Of a stretch of DNA of 64,000 nt, positions 9,618-21,067 are shown one piece after another; positions within the stretch are counted from its first letter, which is position 1; every line of letters begins with the position of its first letter. The notes under the pieces are model-generated. The model was not told where the DNA came from. It was given only the letters and a program-made list of their open reading frames with translations, and did no database searches. The position numbers were made by a program, and so were the translations under genes. This DNA comes from Escherichia phage BF15. The stretch lies in the sequence record MW822007.1. One strand, 5' to 3'.

Positions 9618-10243
9618 TACAATAGCTCAAAGAATTCTTTGAGTCCTCTTATTACATGAGCGTGAGTTTTTCCACACTCTGGACACTTAATTGGAACAGC
9701 CAAATAAACAGTAGGCTTTAAAAGCATATCTTTTATAGCTACAATATCTGACTCTGTGATGATAGAATATAAATCTTCCAGTTCCTTTTCATTTAAGTCT
9801 TCAACTGGAATGCTTTCCCCGTTAGCATGAATCGTTTCTATGCATGATACTATCATGTGGGCTATATTTTTATCATCAAAAATTTTAGGGTAATGGAACT
9901 TAATTTTAATGTCACCCAGTGTATACCAGAGGTCTTCTGGTGCATCTATTTGTGTATGTAATAGATTTATATGGGTTGGTATTTCAGTTCCACAGGTGCA
10001 CTTCCAGGAGTTTTCATGATTAACTTCTCCAAGAGAATGCGCCCATAAATGAATCAACAATAGTTCTGATTCTTGGCGGTTTAAATCTTTTGCATTTGTA
10101 CAGTCTTTAATTAGCTTTTTAACAATTTCTTCGACTGAACCGTTCTTTTTAGCAGTAATAAGTTCTAGATATTCTTTAAGAGTAAATGCGCGACAGTTGA
10201 TTATTTTAGAACCAACTCTCACGTCAAATTTGTATTCATACAT
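9617..10243 (-). CDS. 26: baseplate hub protein gp26
   Basis: 208 aa; start/stop overlap with gene 25. Confidence 0.8.
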   Translation of the reverse strand: MYEYKFDVRVGSKIINCRAFTLKEYLELITAKKNGSVEEIVKKLIKDCTNAKDLNRQESELLLIHLWAHSLGEVNHENSWKCTCGTEIPTHINLLHTQIDAPEDLWYTLGDIKIKFHYPKIFDDKNIAHMIVSCIETIHANGESIPVEDLNEKELEDLYSIITESDIVAIKDMLLKPTVYLAVPIKCPECGKTHAHVIRGLKEFFELL

Positions 10244-10264
10244 ATTTAGCTCCTTTATTTATCA

Positions 10265-10276
10265 TATTTATAAATA
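10265..10276. promoter_or_regulatory. overlapping divergent late promoters (TATTTATAAATA) for gene 26 (minus) and gene 51 (plus)
   Basis: 12-nt sequence holds TATAAATA on both strands between divergent late genes. Confidence 0.55.
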
Positions 10277-10293
10277 GAATAAAAGGAGCATCT

Positions 10294-11043
10294 ATGGCAA
10301 ACATTATTCGTTGTAAATTACCAGATGGTGTTCATCGTTTTAAACCATTTACGGTAGAAGATTATCGAGATTTTTTGTTAGTTCGAAACGATATAGAACA
10401 TCGGTCACCACAAGAACAAAAAGAAATAATTGCTGATTTAATTGCCGATTATTTTGGAGACTATCCGAAGACTTGGCAACCATTTATATTTTTGCAGGTA
10501 TTTGTAGGGTCAATAGGTAAAACTAAAGTACCAGTCACATTTGTATGTCCAAAATGTAAAAAAGAAAAGACAGTTCCATTTGAAATATATCAAAAAGAAC
10601 TAAAGGAACCTGTTTTTGATGTAGCTAATGTTAAAATTAAATTAAAGTTTCCTTCTGAGTTTTATGAAAATAAAGCAAAGATGATTACTGAAAATATTCA
10701 TTCTGTTCAAGTAGATGAAACATGGTATGATTGGAAGGAAATTAGTGAATCAAGTCAAATAGAACTTGTTGATGCCATCGAGATAGAAACATTAGAAAAA
10801 ATTCTCGATGCATTGAATCCTATTAATTTAACGCTACATATGTCCTGCTGTGATAAGTATGTAAAAAAATACACTGATATAGTAGATGTGTTTAAGCTAT
10901 TAGTTAACCCAGATGAGATATTTACTTTTTATCAAATTAATCACACACTCGTAAAAAGTAATTATAGCTTAAATTCAATAATGAAAATGATTCCTGCCGA
11001 GCGCGGATTCGTATTAAAACTGATTGAGAAGGATAAACAATAA
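10294..11043 (+). CDS. 51: baseplate hub assembly protein gp51
   Basis: 249 aa; RBS AAGGAG; first gene of the hub operon. Confidence 0.85.
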   Translation: MANIIRCKLPDGVHRFKPFTVEDYRDFLLVRNDIEHRSPQEQKEIIADLIADYFGDYPKTWQPFIFLQVFVGSIGKTKVPVTFVCPKCKKEKTVPFEIYQKELKEPVFDVANVKIKLKFPSEFYENKAKMITENIHSVQVDETWYDWKEISESSQIELVDAIEIETLEKILDALNPINLTLHMSCCDKYVKKYTDIVDVFKLLVNPDEIFTFYQINHTLVKSNYSLNSIMKMIPAERGFVLKLIEKDKQ

Positions 11044-12218
11044 TGAGTATGTTGCAACGCCCAGGATATCCAAATCTCAGCGTTAAATTATTTGATAGCT
11101 ACGACGCTTGGAGTAATAATAGATTTGTTGAATTAGCTGCTACTATTACCACATTAACTATGCGGGATTCTCTTTATGGCCGAAATGAAGGAATGCTGCA
11201 GTTTTATGATTCTAAAAACATCCATACAAAAATGGATGGAAATGAAATAATTCAGATTTCTGTAGCTAATGCAAACGATATTAATAATGTTAAAACAAGA
11301 ATTTATGGATGTAAGCATTTTTCTGTGTCAGTAGATTCAAAGGGTGATAACATCATTGCTATTGAATTGGGAACTATTCATTCTATAGAAAATCTTAAAT
11401 TTGGCAGACCGTTTTTCCCTGATGCAGGTGAATCTATAAAGGAAATGCTTGGCGTCATTTATCAAGACCGCACATTATTAACTCCAGCAATAAATGCTAT
11501 AAATGCTTATGTTCCTGATATTCCGTGGACTAGTACATTTGAAAACTATTTGTCATATGTCAGAGAAGTTGCTCTAGCTGTAGGAAGTGACAAATTTGTA
11601 TTTGTATGGCAAGACATCATGGGAGTTAACATGATGGACTATGATATGATGATAAATCAAGAACCGTATCCAATGATTGTCGGTGAGCCATCTTTAATAG
11701 GTCAATTCATCCAAGAATTAAAATATCCATTGGCATATGATTTCGTTTGGTTGACTAAATCGAATCCTCACAAACGTGACCCAATGAAAAACGCTACTAT
11801 CTATGCTCATTCATTTTTAGATTCTTCATTGCCAATGATTACTACAGGAAAGGGCGAAAACTCTATTGTAGTGTCAAGGTCAGGTGCTTATTCTGAAATG
11901 ACTTATAGGAATGGATATGAAGAAGCTATTCGTCTTCAAACTATGGCGCAATACGATGGCTATGCTAAATGTTCTACTGTCGGTAATTTTAACTTGACAC
12001 CTGGCGTTAAAATTATTTTTAATGATAGTAAAAACCAATTTAAAACAGAATTTTACGTTGATGAAGTCATCCATGAATTATCCAATAATAATTCAGTAAC
12101 TCATCTATATATGTTCACTAATGCAACGAAACTGGAAACAATAGACCCAGTTAAGGTTAAAAATGAATTTAAATCTGATACTACCACTGAAGAAAGTAGT
12201 TCTTCCAATAAGCAATAA
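11043..12218 (+). CDS. 27: baseplate hub protein gp27
   Basis: 391 aa; ATG overlaps the gp51 stop. Confidence 0.9.
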   Translation: MSMLQRPGYPNLSVKLFDSYDAWSNNRFVELAATITTLTMRDSLYGRNEGMLQFYDSKNIHTKMDGNEIIQISVANANDINNVKTRIYGCKHFSVSVDSKGDNIIAIELGTIHSIENLKFGRPFFPDAGESIKEMLGVIYQDRTLLTPAINAINAYVPDIPWTSTFENYLSYVREVALAVGSDKFVFVWQDIMGVNMMDYDMMINQEPYPMIVGEPSLIGQFIQELKYPLAYDFVWLTKSNPHKRDPMKNATIYAHSFLDSSLPMITTGKGENSIVVSRSGAYSEMTYRNGYEEAIRLQTMAQYDGYAKCSTVGNFNLTPGVKIIFNDSKNQFKTEFYVDEVIHELSNNNSVTHLYMFTNATKLETIDPVKVKNEFKSDTTTEESSSSNKQ

Positions 12219-12696
12219 AGAAGTTTCTATTCCTAAAATGGGTCTTAAACATTATAACATTTTAAAAGATGTTAAAGGTCCTGATGAAAATTTAAAACTT
12301 CTTATTGATTCTATTTGTCCGAATTTATCACCGGCAGAAGTTGATTTCGTTTCTATTCATTTATTGGAATTTAATGGAAAGATTAAATCTCGTAAAGAAA
12401 TAGATGGTTATACTTATGACATTAATGATGTTTATGTATGCCAAAGATTGGAATTTCAATACCAAGGAAATACATTTTATTTTAGACCGCCTGGAAAATT
12501 TGAACAATTTTTAACTGTGAGCGATATGTTATCCAAATGCTTGCTTAAGGTCAATGATGAAGTTAAAGAAATTAATTTTCTTGAGATGCCAGCATTCGTT
12601 TTAAAATGGGCAAATGATATTTTTACAACTTTAGCAATTCCTGGCCCTAATGGTCCAATAACCGGAATTGGCAATATTATTGGATTATTTGAATGA
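12163..12696 (+). CDS. 28: baseplate hub distal protein gp28
   Basis: 177 aa; overlaps the 3' end of gene 27 as in T4. Confidence 0.85.
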   Translation: MNLNLILPLKKVVLPISNKEVSIPKMGLKHYNILKDVKGPDENLKLLIDSICPNLSPAEVDFVSIHLLEFNGKIKSRKEIDGYTYDINDVYVCQRLEFQYQGNTFYFRPPGKFEQFLTVSDMLSKCLLKVNDEVKEINFLEMPAFVLKWANDIFTTLAIPGPNGPITGIGNIIGLFE

Positions 12697-14465
12697 AAAA
12701 GCCACAAGAAATGCAAACGATGCGTAGAAAAGTTATTTCAGATAATAAACCAACACAGGAAGCGGCTAAATCCGCTTCCAACACTTTATCTGGACTTAAT
12801 GATATATCTACGAAATTGGATGATGCTCAAGCTGCTTCTGAATTAATTGCTCAAACTGTCGAAGAAAAATCGAATGAAATAGTTGGAGCAATTGATAATG
12901 TAGAAAGCGCAGTGAGTGATACTACTGCTGGTTCTGAGTTAATTGCTGAAACTGTCGAAATTGGCAACAATATTAATAAAGAAATCGGTGAATCACTCGG
13001 GAGCAAATTAGATAAATTAACAAGTTTATTAGAGCAAAAAATTCAGACAGCTGGAATTCAACAAACAGGAACCAGTTTAGCCACTGTTGAAAGCGCTATT
13101 CCTGTTAAAGTTGTTGAGGATGATACAGCTGAATCTGTGGGTCCTTTATTACCGGCTCCTGAAGCAGTTAATAATGATCCTGATGCTGATTTTTTCCCTA
13201 CCCCTCAGCCAGTTGAACCTAAACAAGAATCGCCAGAAGAAAAACAGAAAAAAGACGCATTTAACTTAAAATTATCTCAAGCTTTAGATAAATTAACAAA
13301 GACTGTTGATTTTGGATTTAAGAAATCCATTTCAATTACTGATAAAATATCAAGCATGTTATTTAAGTACACCGTCAGTGCTGCTATTGAAGCTGCTAAA
13401 ATGACTGCAATGATATTGGCTGTTGTTGTTGGAATAGACCTGTTGATGGTTCATTTTAAATATTGGTCAGATAAATTTTCACAGGCTTGGGATTTGTTTA
13501 GTACAGACTTTACTAAATTCTCTAGCGAAACCGGAACATGGGGTCCTTTATTACAGAGCATCTTTGGTTCTATCGATGAAATTAAAAAATTCTGGGAAGC
13601 GGGAGATTGGGGTGGTTTGACGGTAGCTATTGTAGAAGGGCTTGGAAAGGTTCTTTATAATTTAGGTGAACTTATTCAGCTTGGAATGGCTAAATTATCT
13701 GCGGCAATTCTTCGAGTTATTCCTGGTATGAAGGATACCGCTGATGATGTAGAAGGAAGAGCACTAGAAAATTTCCAAAATACTACAAATGCTTCTCTTA
13801 GCAAAGAAGACCAAGAAAAAGTTGCAAATTATCAATATAAAAGAATGAATGGAGAACTTGGTCCGATAGCAAAAGGACTAGACAAAATTGCGAACTGGAA
13901 AACTCGCGCATCTAACTGGATTCGTGGTGTTGATAATAAAGAAGCACTAACGACTGATGAAGAGAGAGAAGAGGAAGAAGAAAAATTAAAGCAACTTTCT
14001 CCGGAGGAAGCTAAAATTGCTTTAATGAAAGCTAATGAAGCTCGTGCTGCTATGAATCGTTTTGATGAATACGCTAATTCGGCTGATATGAGTAAAGATT
14101 CAACAGTTAAATCAGTTGAAGCTGCCTATGAAGACCTTAAAAAACGGATGGATGACCCGGATTTAAATAATTCACCGGCAGTTAAAAAAGAACTTGCTGC
14201 TAGATTTTCTAAAATTGATGCTACTTATCAAGAACTAAAGAAAAATCAACCTAATGCCAAACCTGAAACTTCTGCTAAATCGCCAGAAGCAAAACAAGTC
14301 CAGGTAATAGAAAAGAACAAAGCACAGCAAGCTCCTGTTCAACAAGCATCTCCTTCGATCAATAATACTAATAATGTTATTAAGAAAAATACTGTCGTTC
14401 ATAATATGACACCTGTTACGAGTACAACTGCTCCCGGTGTATTTGACGCGACTGGAGTTAATTAA
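12693..14465 (+). CDS. 29: baseplate hub / tail tube length determinator gp29
   Basis: 590 aa; extended helical Ala/Glu/Lys-rich regions typical of tape-measure-like proteins. Confidence 0.9.
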   Translation: MKKPQEMQTMRRKVISDNKPTQEAAKSASNTLSGLNDISTKLDDAQAASELIAQTVEEKSNEIVGAIDNVESAVSDTTAGSELIAETVEIGNNINKEIGESLGSKLDKLTSLLEQKIQTAGIQQTGTSLATVESAIPVKVVEDDTAESVGPLLPAPEAVNNDPDADFFPTPQPVEPKQESPEEKQKKDAFNLKLSQALDKLTKTVDFGFKKSISITDKISSMLFKYTVSAAIEAAKMTAMILAVVVGIDLLMVHFKYWSDKFSQAWDLFSTDFTKFSSETGTWGPLLQSIFGSIDEIKKFWEAGDWGGLTVAIVEGLGKVLYNLGELIQLGMAKLSAAILRVIPGMKDTADDVEGRALENFQNTTNASLSKEDQEKVANYQYKRMNGELGPIAKGLDKIANWKTRASNWIRGVDNKEALTTDEEREEEEEKLKQLSPEEAKIALMKANEARAAMNRFDEYANSADMSKDSTVKSVEAAYEDLKKRMDDPDLNNSPAVKKELAARFSKIDATYQELKKNQPNAKPETSAKSPEAKQVQVIEKNKAQQAPVQQASPSINNTNNVIKKNTVVHNMTPVTSTTAPGVFDATGVN

Positions 14466-14473
14466 GGAATAAT

Positions 14474-15568
14474 ATGGCAATTGTTAAAGAAATAACTGCT
14501 GATTTAATTAAAAAGTCCGGTGAGAAAATTTCAGCCGGACAGAGTACTAAATCAGAAGTAGGAACTAAAACATACACTGCCCAGTTTCCAACTGGGCGTG
14601 CTAGTGGTAATGACACTACAGGGGACTTCCAGGTAACAGATCTATATAAGAATGGATTATTATTTACTGCATACAATATGTCATCTAGGGATTCTGGAAG
14701 TCTTAGATCGATGAGATCTAACTACTCTTCTTCATCTTCGAGTATTTTACGTACAGCCAGAAACACTATCAGTAATACAGTATCAAAACTGTCAAATGGA
14801 TTAATATCAGATAATAATTCAGGAACAATAAGTAAAGCTCCTGTGGCAAACATTCTTTTACCGAGATCTAAATCTGACGTTGATACATCATCACATAGAT
14901 TTAATGATGTTCAAGAAAGTCTTATCAGTAGAGGCGGAGGAACTGCTACTGGTGTGCTAAGTAATATTGCTTCAACTGCAGTATTTGGAGCACTGGAAAG
15001 TATAACACAAGGTATAATGGCTGATAATAATGAACAGATTTATACGACAGCCAGAAGTATGTATGGTGGTGCTGAGAATAGAACTAAAGTGTTTACATGG
15101 GATTTGACTCCACGTTCCACAGAAGATTTAATGGCTATTATTAATATCTATCAATATTTTAACTATTTTTCTTATGGTGAAACGGGCAAATCTCAATATG
15201 CTGCTGAAATAAAGGGGTATTTAGATGATTGGTATCGTTCTACGTTAATTGAACCTTTATCTCCGGAAGACGCAGCTAAAAATAAAACACTGTTTGAGAA
15301 AATGACATCGAGTTTAACTAACGTCCTAGTAGTTTCAAACCCGACAATTTGGATGGTGAAAAACTTTGGTGCAACATCTAAGTTTGATGGAAAAACGGAA
15401 ATATTTGGCCCATGCCAAATACAAAGCATCAGATTTGATAAAACGCCTAATGGTAACTTTAACGGATTAGCTATTGCTCCAAACCTCCCTAGTACATTTA
15501 CTCTTGAGATTACTATGAGAGAAATTATCACGTTAAACCGTGCTTCTTTATATGCGGGGACTTTTTAA
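14474..15568 (+). CDS. 48: baseplate-tail tube junction protein gp48
   Basis: 364 aa; position after gene 29. Confidence 0.85.
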   Translation: MAIVKEITADLIKKSGEKISAGQSTKSEVGTKTYTAQFPTGRASGNDTTGDFQVTDLYKNGLLFTAYNMSSRDSGSLRSMRSNYSSSSSSILRTARNTISNTVSKLSNGLISDNNSGTISKAPVANILLPRSKSDVDTSSHRFNDVQESLISRGGGTATGVLSNIASTAVFGALESITQGIMADNNEQIYTTARSMYGGAENRTKVFTWDLTPRSTEDLMAIINIYQYFNYFSYGETGKSQYAAEIKGYLDDWYRSTLIEPLSPEDAAKNKTLFEKMTSSLTNVLVVSNPTIWMVKNFGATSKFDGKTEIFGPCQIQSIRFDKTPNGNFNGLAIAPNLPSTFTLEITMREIITLNRASLYAGTF

Positions 15569-16533
15569 TGTATTCTTTAGAGGAATTTAATAATCAAGCA
15601 ATAAACGCAGATTTCCAACGTAATAATATGTTTAGCTGTGTTTTTGCGACAACTCCATCAACTAAAAGCTCTTCGTTGATAAGTTCAATTAGCAACTTTT
15701 CTTATAATAACTTGGGTCTAAATTCAGATTGGTTAGGATTGACTCAAGGCGATATTAATCAGGGAATTACCACGCTAATTACAGCTGGCACACAAAAACT
15801 GATAAGAAAATCAGGAGTTAGTAAATATCTTATTGGTGCCATGAGTCAACGTACAGTTCAAAGTTTATTAGGCTCATTTACAGTTGGTACATATTTAATT
15901 GACTTCTTTAATATGGCATATAACTCATCTGGATTGATGATATATTCTGTAAAAATGCCAGAGAATAGATTATCCTATGAAACTGACTGGAACTATAATT
16001 CTCCTAATATTCGTATAACCGGGAGAGAATTAGACCCTTTGGTTATTTCATTTAGAATGGATTCAGAGTCGTGTAATTATCGTGCAATGCAAGACTGGGT
16101 TAACGCTGTTCAAGACCCAGTAACTGGATTACGCGCTTTGCCACAAGATGTCGAGGCAGACATTCAGGTTAATCTTCATGCTCGTAATGGATTACCTCAT
16201 ACTGCTGTGATGTTCACCGGATGCATTCCAGTGTCAGTGAGCGCTCCTGAGTTATCATATGATGGAGATAACCAAATAACTACATTTGATGTTACTTTTG
16301 CGTATAGAGTCATGCAGGCTGGAGCAGTTGATAGACAAGCTGCGCTTGAATGGCTTGAATCCGCTGCTATAAACGGTATTCAAAGCGTTCTCGGAAATAG
16401 CGGAGGCGTTACTGGACTATCTAATTCGCTTTCACGACTTAGTAGATTAGGAGGAACTGCTGGAAGCATTTCAAACATTAATACTATGACGGGAATTGTC
16501 AACTCGCAAAGTAAAATATTAGGAGCAATATAA
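15568..16533 (+). CDS. 54: tail tube initiator protein gp54
   Basis: 321 aa; ATG overlaps the gp48 stop. Confidence 0.85.
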   Translation: MYSLEEFNNQAINADFQRNNMFSCVFATTPSTKSSSLISSISNFSYNNLGLNSDWLGLTQGDINQGITTLITAGTQKLIRKSGVSKYLIGAMSQRTVQSLLGSFTVGTYLIDFFNMAYNSSGLMIYSVKMPENRLSYETDWNYNSPNIRITGRELDPLVISFRMDSESCNYRAMQDWVNAVQDPVTGLRALPQDVEADIQVNLHARNGLPHTAVMFTGCIPVSVSAPELSYDGDNQITTFDVTFAYRVMQAGAVDRQAALEWLESAAINGIQSVLGNSGGVTGLSNSLSRLSRLGGTAGSISNINTMTGIVNSQSKILGAI

Positions 16534-16537
16534 CAAT

Positions 16538-16568
16538 GGGGACCGAAAGGTCCCCATATTTTTATTTA
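16538..16568. terminator. bidirectional terminator after gene 54
   Basis: GGGGACC-GAAA-GGTCCCC hairpin followed by ATATTTTTATTT. Confidence 0.6.
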
Positions 16569-16852
16569 CGGAATGAAATAAAAGCAGCAACTGAAGCAAC
16601 TAAACTGTCTTCAATATAAACTTCAATTTTTACCGGAGCTTCTGACTCAAATTTACCTGTTACTACACCTTGGAAAATGCTTTCAGTCTGTTCTGGCTTT
16701 GAAAAATTTTCAGAAGGAAAAATTCCGAACTTTTTATCTGTTCCAAAAATTTTGATAAATTCATCATAAACTGCTTCATTAAAAGCGTTATCAGCAGGAA
16801 TAACGCCTTCAACTACAAGTTCTTGACCTAAAAAGCGCAAAGAAGATTTCAT
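16562..16852 (-). CDS. hypothetical protein (position of T4 alt.-3)
   Basis: 96-aa ORF downstream of a strong early promoter with GAGGA RBS. Confidence 0.55.
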   Translation of the reverse strand: MKSSLRFLGQELVVEGVIPADNAFNEAVYDEFIKIFGTDKKFGIFPSENFSKPEQTESIFQGVVTGKFESEAPVKIEVYIEDSLVASVAAFISFRK

Positions 16853-16860
16853 TTTGTGTT

Positions 16861-16913
16861 CCTCATGTTATGTCAGTAAGTCTACTATAACACAACACGA
16901 GGGACTTGTAAAC
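16861..16913 (-). promoter_or_regulatory. T4-type early promoter plus 5' leader; 53-bp cassette identical to the one upstream of alc
   Basis: Minus strand reads GTTTAC-17 nt-TTATAG…CATGAGGA; exact copy at 32288-32340. Confidence 0.55.
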
Positions 16914-18970
16914 TACATCTTGAACTTTTTAGACATTCCATTGATGTTAACCAAAGAAGCCAAGATTTGAGAAACTTCGTTTTCCTCTTCTTTTGATTCT
17001 TCTACAAGGAATTGATTAAACCCAGCCATTGGACGAACTTCACCAGTTTCCATTAGATGGTCGCCATCATATACCGATTCTTCTAATTGTTCAGAAGGAG
17101 GAACGATTGTGCCTTCGATTAGATACTTGTTATAAGCAGTTTCTTTCATCATGTACGTACTCACTTTATTAATCTTCAGCAAAATTCCACGTGGTAAAAT
17201 AACTTCAGCTTCTGATGGAAATCCTGATAAATGTCCTGGAACGATAACTTTGATTCGCTCAGCTCCTTTAATTACCATACCCACGCTAGTTTCAGCATCT
17301 TCATTGGCATACGCAGAATGACTACCCATATGCATTAAATCTTCAGCGTCAACAGAACCTTCTCCTTCACCAGAAAATACTGCACCGGAATCATCTAGAG
17401 CCATATAGTTTTTACCATACTCACCGAAGATATTTGGTTTAAGCGATGTGGATACGAAGTTCTTGAAGTAGAACATTTTATTTTCAATATTATGACGTAA
17501 AGTTTTAAAGGTAACTTCTTGTCCACGGTAAAGTGTAGTTCCTGGAGGAAGAACTGATCCTTTGGCAAAGGCAGAATCCATTGTCTCGATGTGTTTAATA
17601 GCTCGTTCCATATATTCTTCACGGGTAGAATCCGGTTTACCTAAAAGGAATGAGTTCATTTCAACATATGAATCTGCACAATAATCTTCAATTACATCAG
17701 ACTCAGCCTGAGTTAATCCTTTTGGAGTTACTTCAGTACTTGCATATTCATACGCTTGAGAAGCAGACTCATTAATCAATTTATAAACGCCATTCATGAC
17801 AAATTGAACAATAGCTACCTTTTCATCTGGTGTGGCTTTAGAACCTTTAACTAAATCATTGACAATTTTCTTAATAACATCAAAGCTATTAGAAATATTA
17901 ATGTCAGCAAGATCACTTAAAATTTTATCAGTTTTATAATCAAAAAATTCTTTATTCTTTAAATATTCTTGAGAACCTTGATATGATATATCGCTCTGTA
18001 ACTTGATAGATGGATCACGTAAACGCGCATGAGCCAATGCAATATGATTTCGGAAGCTTTCTAATTCATAATCACTAGATTTAAAACGGGAAGCACTCCT
18101 CATACCACCGATAGCTCCTTTGCTGAAGTTTGAACCAACCTGAATAACGCCAGAGTTCATTGGTCCTTCTGCTTTATATACCGGAACTTTAGATTCAAAC
18201 TCTTGATATTTCTTAGCAGCGAAGCTATCACCCTGAAGTGAAGCATCGACAGTAGAGTATTGAGCTTGTGCTGCTAATCGACGACTAATTTTAGTTTTCT
18301 GAATAACAGCTTGATCCGTGCGCTTATCATTTTCTAAAGCAATAGAAGCAGCAACAGCGACAGCTTTAGGAACAGCATTACCTGTTTTAACGTCTACATA
18401 AACATCACCAACCTTTGATTCAACTTTTGTGAATAACTCAGTTGAAATAGGAGGTACACCTGGAATGTCTTCTAAATTAGCATTTTTACGGTAAACCATA
18501 ATATATGCGTACTTTTTATCGTAATCCCAGATTTCCTTTAAAAGAACATATCGACCTGCTCCTTTAGTACGTACTAAACGGTCGGCAATAACTTGCATTT
18601 GACGAGCTGCACCATTTGTTTTACTCTTTAGTACGCGGAATAAGCATGCGTCAATTTTATACTGTTTCATTGTTTGAAGAGCAGTATCAAAAACGGCATT
18701 AATGACGCCAATTGGATTTCCACCTAAGTTTTTAAGTTTAACTAATGATAGTTTCTCATTAACACCTATCATTACGATATGCATCATTTTATCGCCTGGC
18801 TTAACGTTTTTATTTGTATCACCGCCAGAGGTGTATGTACAAAATCTAAATCCAGGAAGCACACTTTCTTCGCCTGCTTGAATAGCAAAAATTTGAGGTA
18901 TTTTATGCTTAGGATTTAAGTTAACAACCGGCGCCGAAGCGCCGTCAAATAATTCTGTAATAAGTTCCAT
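16913..18970 (-). CDS. Alt-like mono-ADP-ribosyltransferase, paralog 2
   Basis: 685 aa; N-terminus about 65 percent identical to the adjacent alt; C-terminal ART motifs YRGQ / FVSTS / SEAEVILPRG (R-S-ExE). Confidence 0.75.
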   Translation of the reverse strand: MELITELFDGASAPVVNLNPKHKIPQIFAIQAGEESVLPGFRFCTYTSGGDTNKNVKPGDKMMHIVMIGVNEKLSLVKLKNLGGNPIGVINAVFDTALQTMKQYKIDACLFRVLKSKTNGAARQMQVIADRLVRTKGAGRYVLLKEIWDYDKKYAYIMVYRKNANLEDIPGVPPISTELFTKVESKVGDVYVDVKTGNAVPKAVAVAASIALENDKRTDQAVIQKTKISRRLAAQAQYSTVDASLQGDSFAAKKYQEFESKVPVYKAEGPMNSGVIQVGSNFSKGAIGGMRSASRFKSSDYELESFRNHIALAHARLRDPSIKLQSDISYQGSQEYLKNKEFFDYKTDKILSDLADINISNSFDVIKKIVNDLVKGSKATPDEKVAIVQFVMNGVYKLINESASQAYEYASTEVTPKGLTQAESDVIEDYCADSYVEMNSFLLGKPDSTREEYMERAIKHIETMDSAFAKGSVLPPGTTLYRGQEVTFKTLRHNIENKMFYFKNFVSTSLKPNIFGEYGKNYMALDDSGAVFSGEGEGSVDAEDLMHMGSHSAYANEDAETSVGMVIKGAERIKVIVPGHLSGFPSEAEVILPRGILLKINKVSTYMMKETAYNKYLIEGTIVPPSEQLEESVYDGDHLMETGEVRPMAGFNQFLVEESKEEENEVSQILASLVNINGMSKKFKM

Positions 18971-18973
18971 GAT

Positions 18974-21067
18974 TTATCCTTGAACGAACTTGTAAGGCAT
19001 GTTTGCAATATCTATGCAAGATGCAATAATTCCAAGAGATGATTCTACTTTTTGTTTAACATTTGATGAAACAAATGATGCAAAGTCAACTCTGTCTTCT
19101 ATTTCAATATCACCTGTCATTGCAACTACTTCGCCGGTTTCCATTAGACGGTCACCGTCATAAATTACTGATTCGGTGAGTTCTTCCGTAGTCATAACTT
19201 CAGCTTGAATGAGTTTTGTATTATTAGATGTTGTTCCGTCATTATTAGAAGCATCAGTTATTTTATTAACTTTGACCATCAATCCGCGTGGTAGAATAAC
19301 TTCAGCTTCTGTTGCTATTCCGAGACTTCCTGGATATACAACATTAACTTTATGAGCTCCATCAATTGCCCATCCTATTTGAACTTTAACGTATTCAGGA
19401 TTTTCTTTATACGCTCTTATTTCGTTTGGATTAATAGTTATTCCTTCTTCATTTTTATCAACTGTCAATTCATTACGAGCTTCTGGTTCTAAAAGACCAA
19501 TACCAGCATGTGTAATTCCAAAACGTCCAAAAATGATAGGAGTTAAAGAAGTAGATACAAAATTTCTGAAATAGAACACTTTATTTTTAACTAGTGCTTC
19601 GTATATAGGAGCAGTCATGCTTTGAGCACGATAAACTGTAATGCCTTCTGGTATACGGTCACCATTTTCAAAAGCTGAATCTAAATTATTTATCGCAGAT
19701 TCAATTTCTTTTTCACTCATTACATCATATCGTTCTGGATTGTAGCGGCCTAAAAGAAGATTATTGATGTCAGTATATCCTGATCCACAATACTCTCTAA
19801 TGCCGCGCTTTTGCGATGGAGTATATTTAGAACCATCACGGGCAATAGTAATATCAATCATTGGACCTGCACCAATTCCAGAAAAGCTATAAATCATTCG
19901 TTTGAGGAATTTAGTTTTTGCTGCGTTCCAGGAATTTTTAGTTATTTCTTCCCAGACTTCATCTGGCTGCCCTTTACGAGTTTTATTATGTTTATCAAGC
20001 CAATTATCTTTATATTCTTCAAAGAATTTATTAACAGCTGCTGCGTATTTCTCTAAACATTTTATTGAAGTAGTTGGTTCATTTTTGATCGCGTTAAAAA
20101 TTACATCTTTAATTTTTTCAGAAACTTCATCAACCTCACTTTTTGGAAAGAATTTATAGTCATAGTGAAGTTCATCTGCGGTTCCTTCGGCAATGATTTT
20201 TGCTGCCTTAGTTTTAGAAGCTAATGAATTAATTCCAAGCTTCATTTCTTCTGCTTCGGGAATTAAAGGAGCAGTAGCAGGTTTATTGAAATTAGCTGCA
20301 GTAGATTCATACTTCTGGAATAATTCGCTTTCAAATCTAGAAGATTCTAATGATTGACTTTGCGCAATTGCTCTACGGGAAATTTTAACTTTAACAATAA
20401 CAGCTTGGTCAGAACGTTTATCGTTTTCTTGCGCAATAGATGCTGCAATTGCCTCATTTTTAGTTACTTGAGCTCCAGTATCTTTATTGATATAAACATC
20501 GCCGACTTTCGATTCAACTTTAGTAAAGAGCTCGGTACTAATTTCTGGAACTCCTGGAATGTCTTCTAATGATACATTTTTGCGATGTATAAGAATATAT
20601 GCATACTTTTTATCGTAATCCCAGAGTTCCTTAAGAAGGACGTATCTGCCACCTGAACGACTACGGATAAGTCTATCAGCAATAACTTGAATTTGTCGAG
20701 CTTGACCAGCAGTTTTAGACTTAAGAATACGAAGCATGCAGGCATCAATTTTATACTGACGCATCGTTTGCATCGCAACAGTAAAAACTGAATTGATATA
20801 ATTAATTGGGCTTGGACCGAGACCTTTTAATTTAGCAATTGAACCTTTAGCAGTTAATGTAAAAGGAACAATATGCATCATTTTATCGCCCATTTTTAAA
20901 TCACGGTTAGTATCACCTCCAGATGTATAGGTACATAAACGAAAGCCTGGTTGTTCAATTGCGTCATCGACATGAACTGAAAAAATTTGTGGTATTTTCT
21001 TCTTTGGATTTAAGTTTGTAATCGGAAGAGTAGTATCTTCGTCAAATAATTCTGTAATAAGTTCCAT
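18974..21067 (-). CDS. alt: Alt, virion-packaged RNA polymerase ADP-ribosyltransferase
   Basis: About 697 aa from the second Met; ART motifs YRAQ / FVSTS / TEAEVILPRG; late promoter upstream. Confidence 0.85.
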   Translation of the reverse strand: MELITELFDEDTTLPITNLNPKKKIPQIFSVHVDDAIEQPGFRLCTYTSGGDTNRDLKMGDKMMHIVPFTLTAKGSIAKLKGLGPSPINYINSVFTVAMQTMRQYKIDACMLRILKSKTAGQARQIQVIADRLIRSRSGGRYVLLKELWDYDKKYAYILIHRKNVSLEDIPGVPEISTELFTKVESKVGDVYINKDTGAQVTKNEAIAASIAQENDKRSDQAVIVKVKISRRAIAQSQSLESSRFESELFQKYESTAANFNKPATAPLIPEAEEMKLGINSLASKTKAAKIIAEGTADELHYDYKFFPKSEVDEVSEKIKDVIFNAIKNEPTTSIKCLEKYAAAVNKFFEEYKDNWLDKHNKTRKGQPDEVWEEITKNSWNAAKTKFLKRMIYSFSGIGAGPMIDITIARDGSKYTPSQKRGIREYCGSGYTDINNLLLGRYNPERYDVMSEKEIESAINNLDSAFENGDRIPEGITVYRAQSMTAPIYEALVKNKVFYFRNFVSTSLTPIIFGRFGITHAGIGLLEPEARNELTVDKNEEGITINPNEIRAYKENPEYVKVQIGWAIDGAHKVNVVYPGSLGIATEAEVILPRGLMVKVNKITDASNNDGTTSNNTKLIQAEVMTTEELTESVIYDGDRLMETGEVVAMTGDIEIEDRVDFASFVSSNVKQKVESSLGIIASCIDIANMPYKFVQG

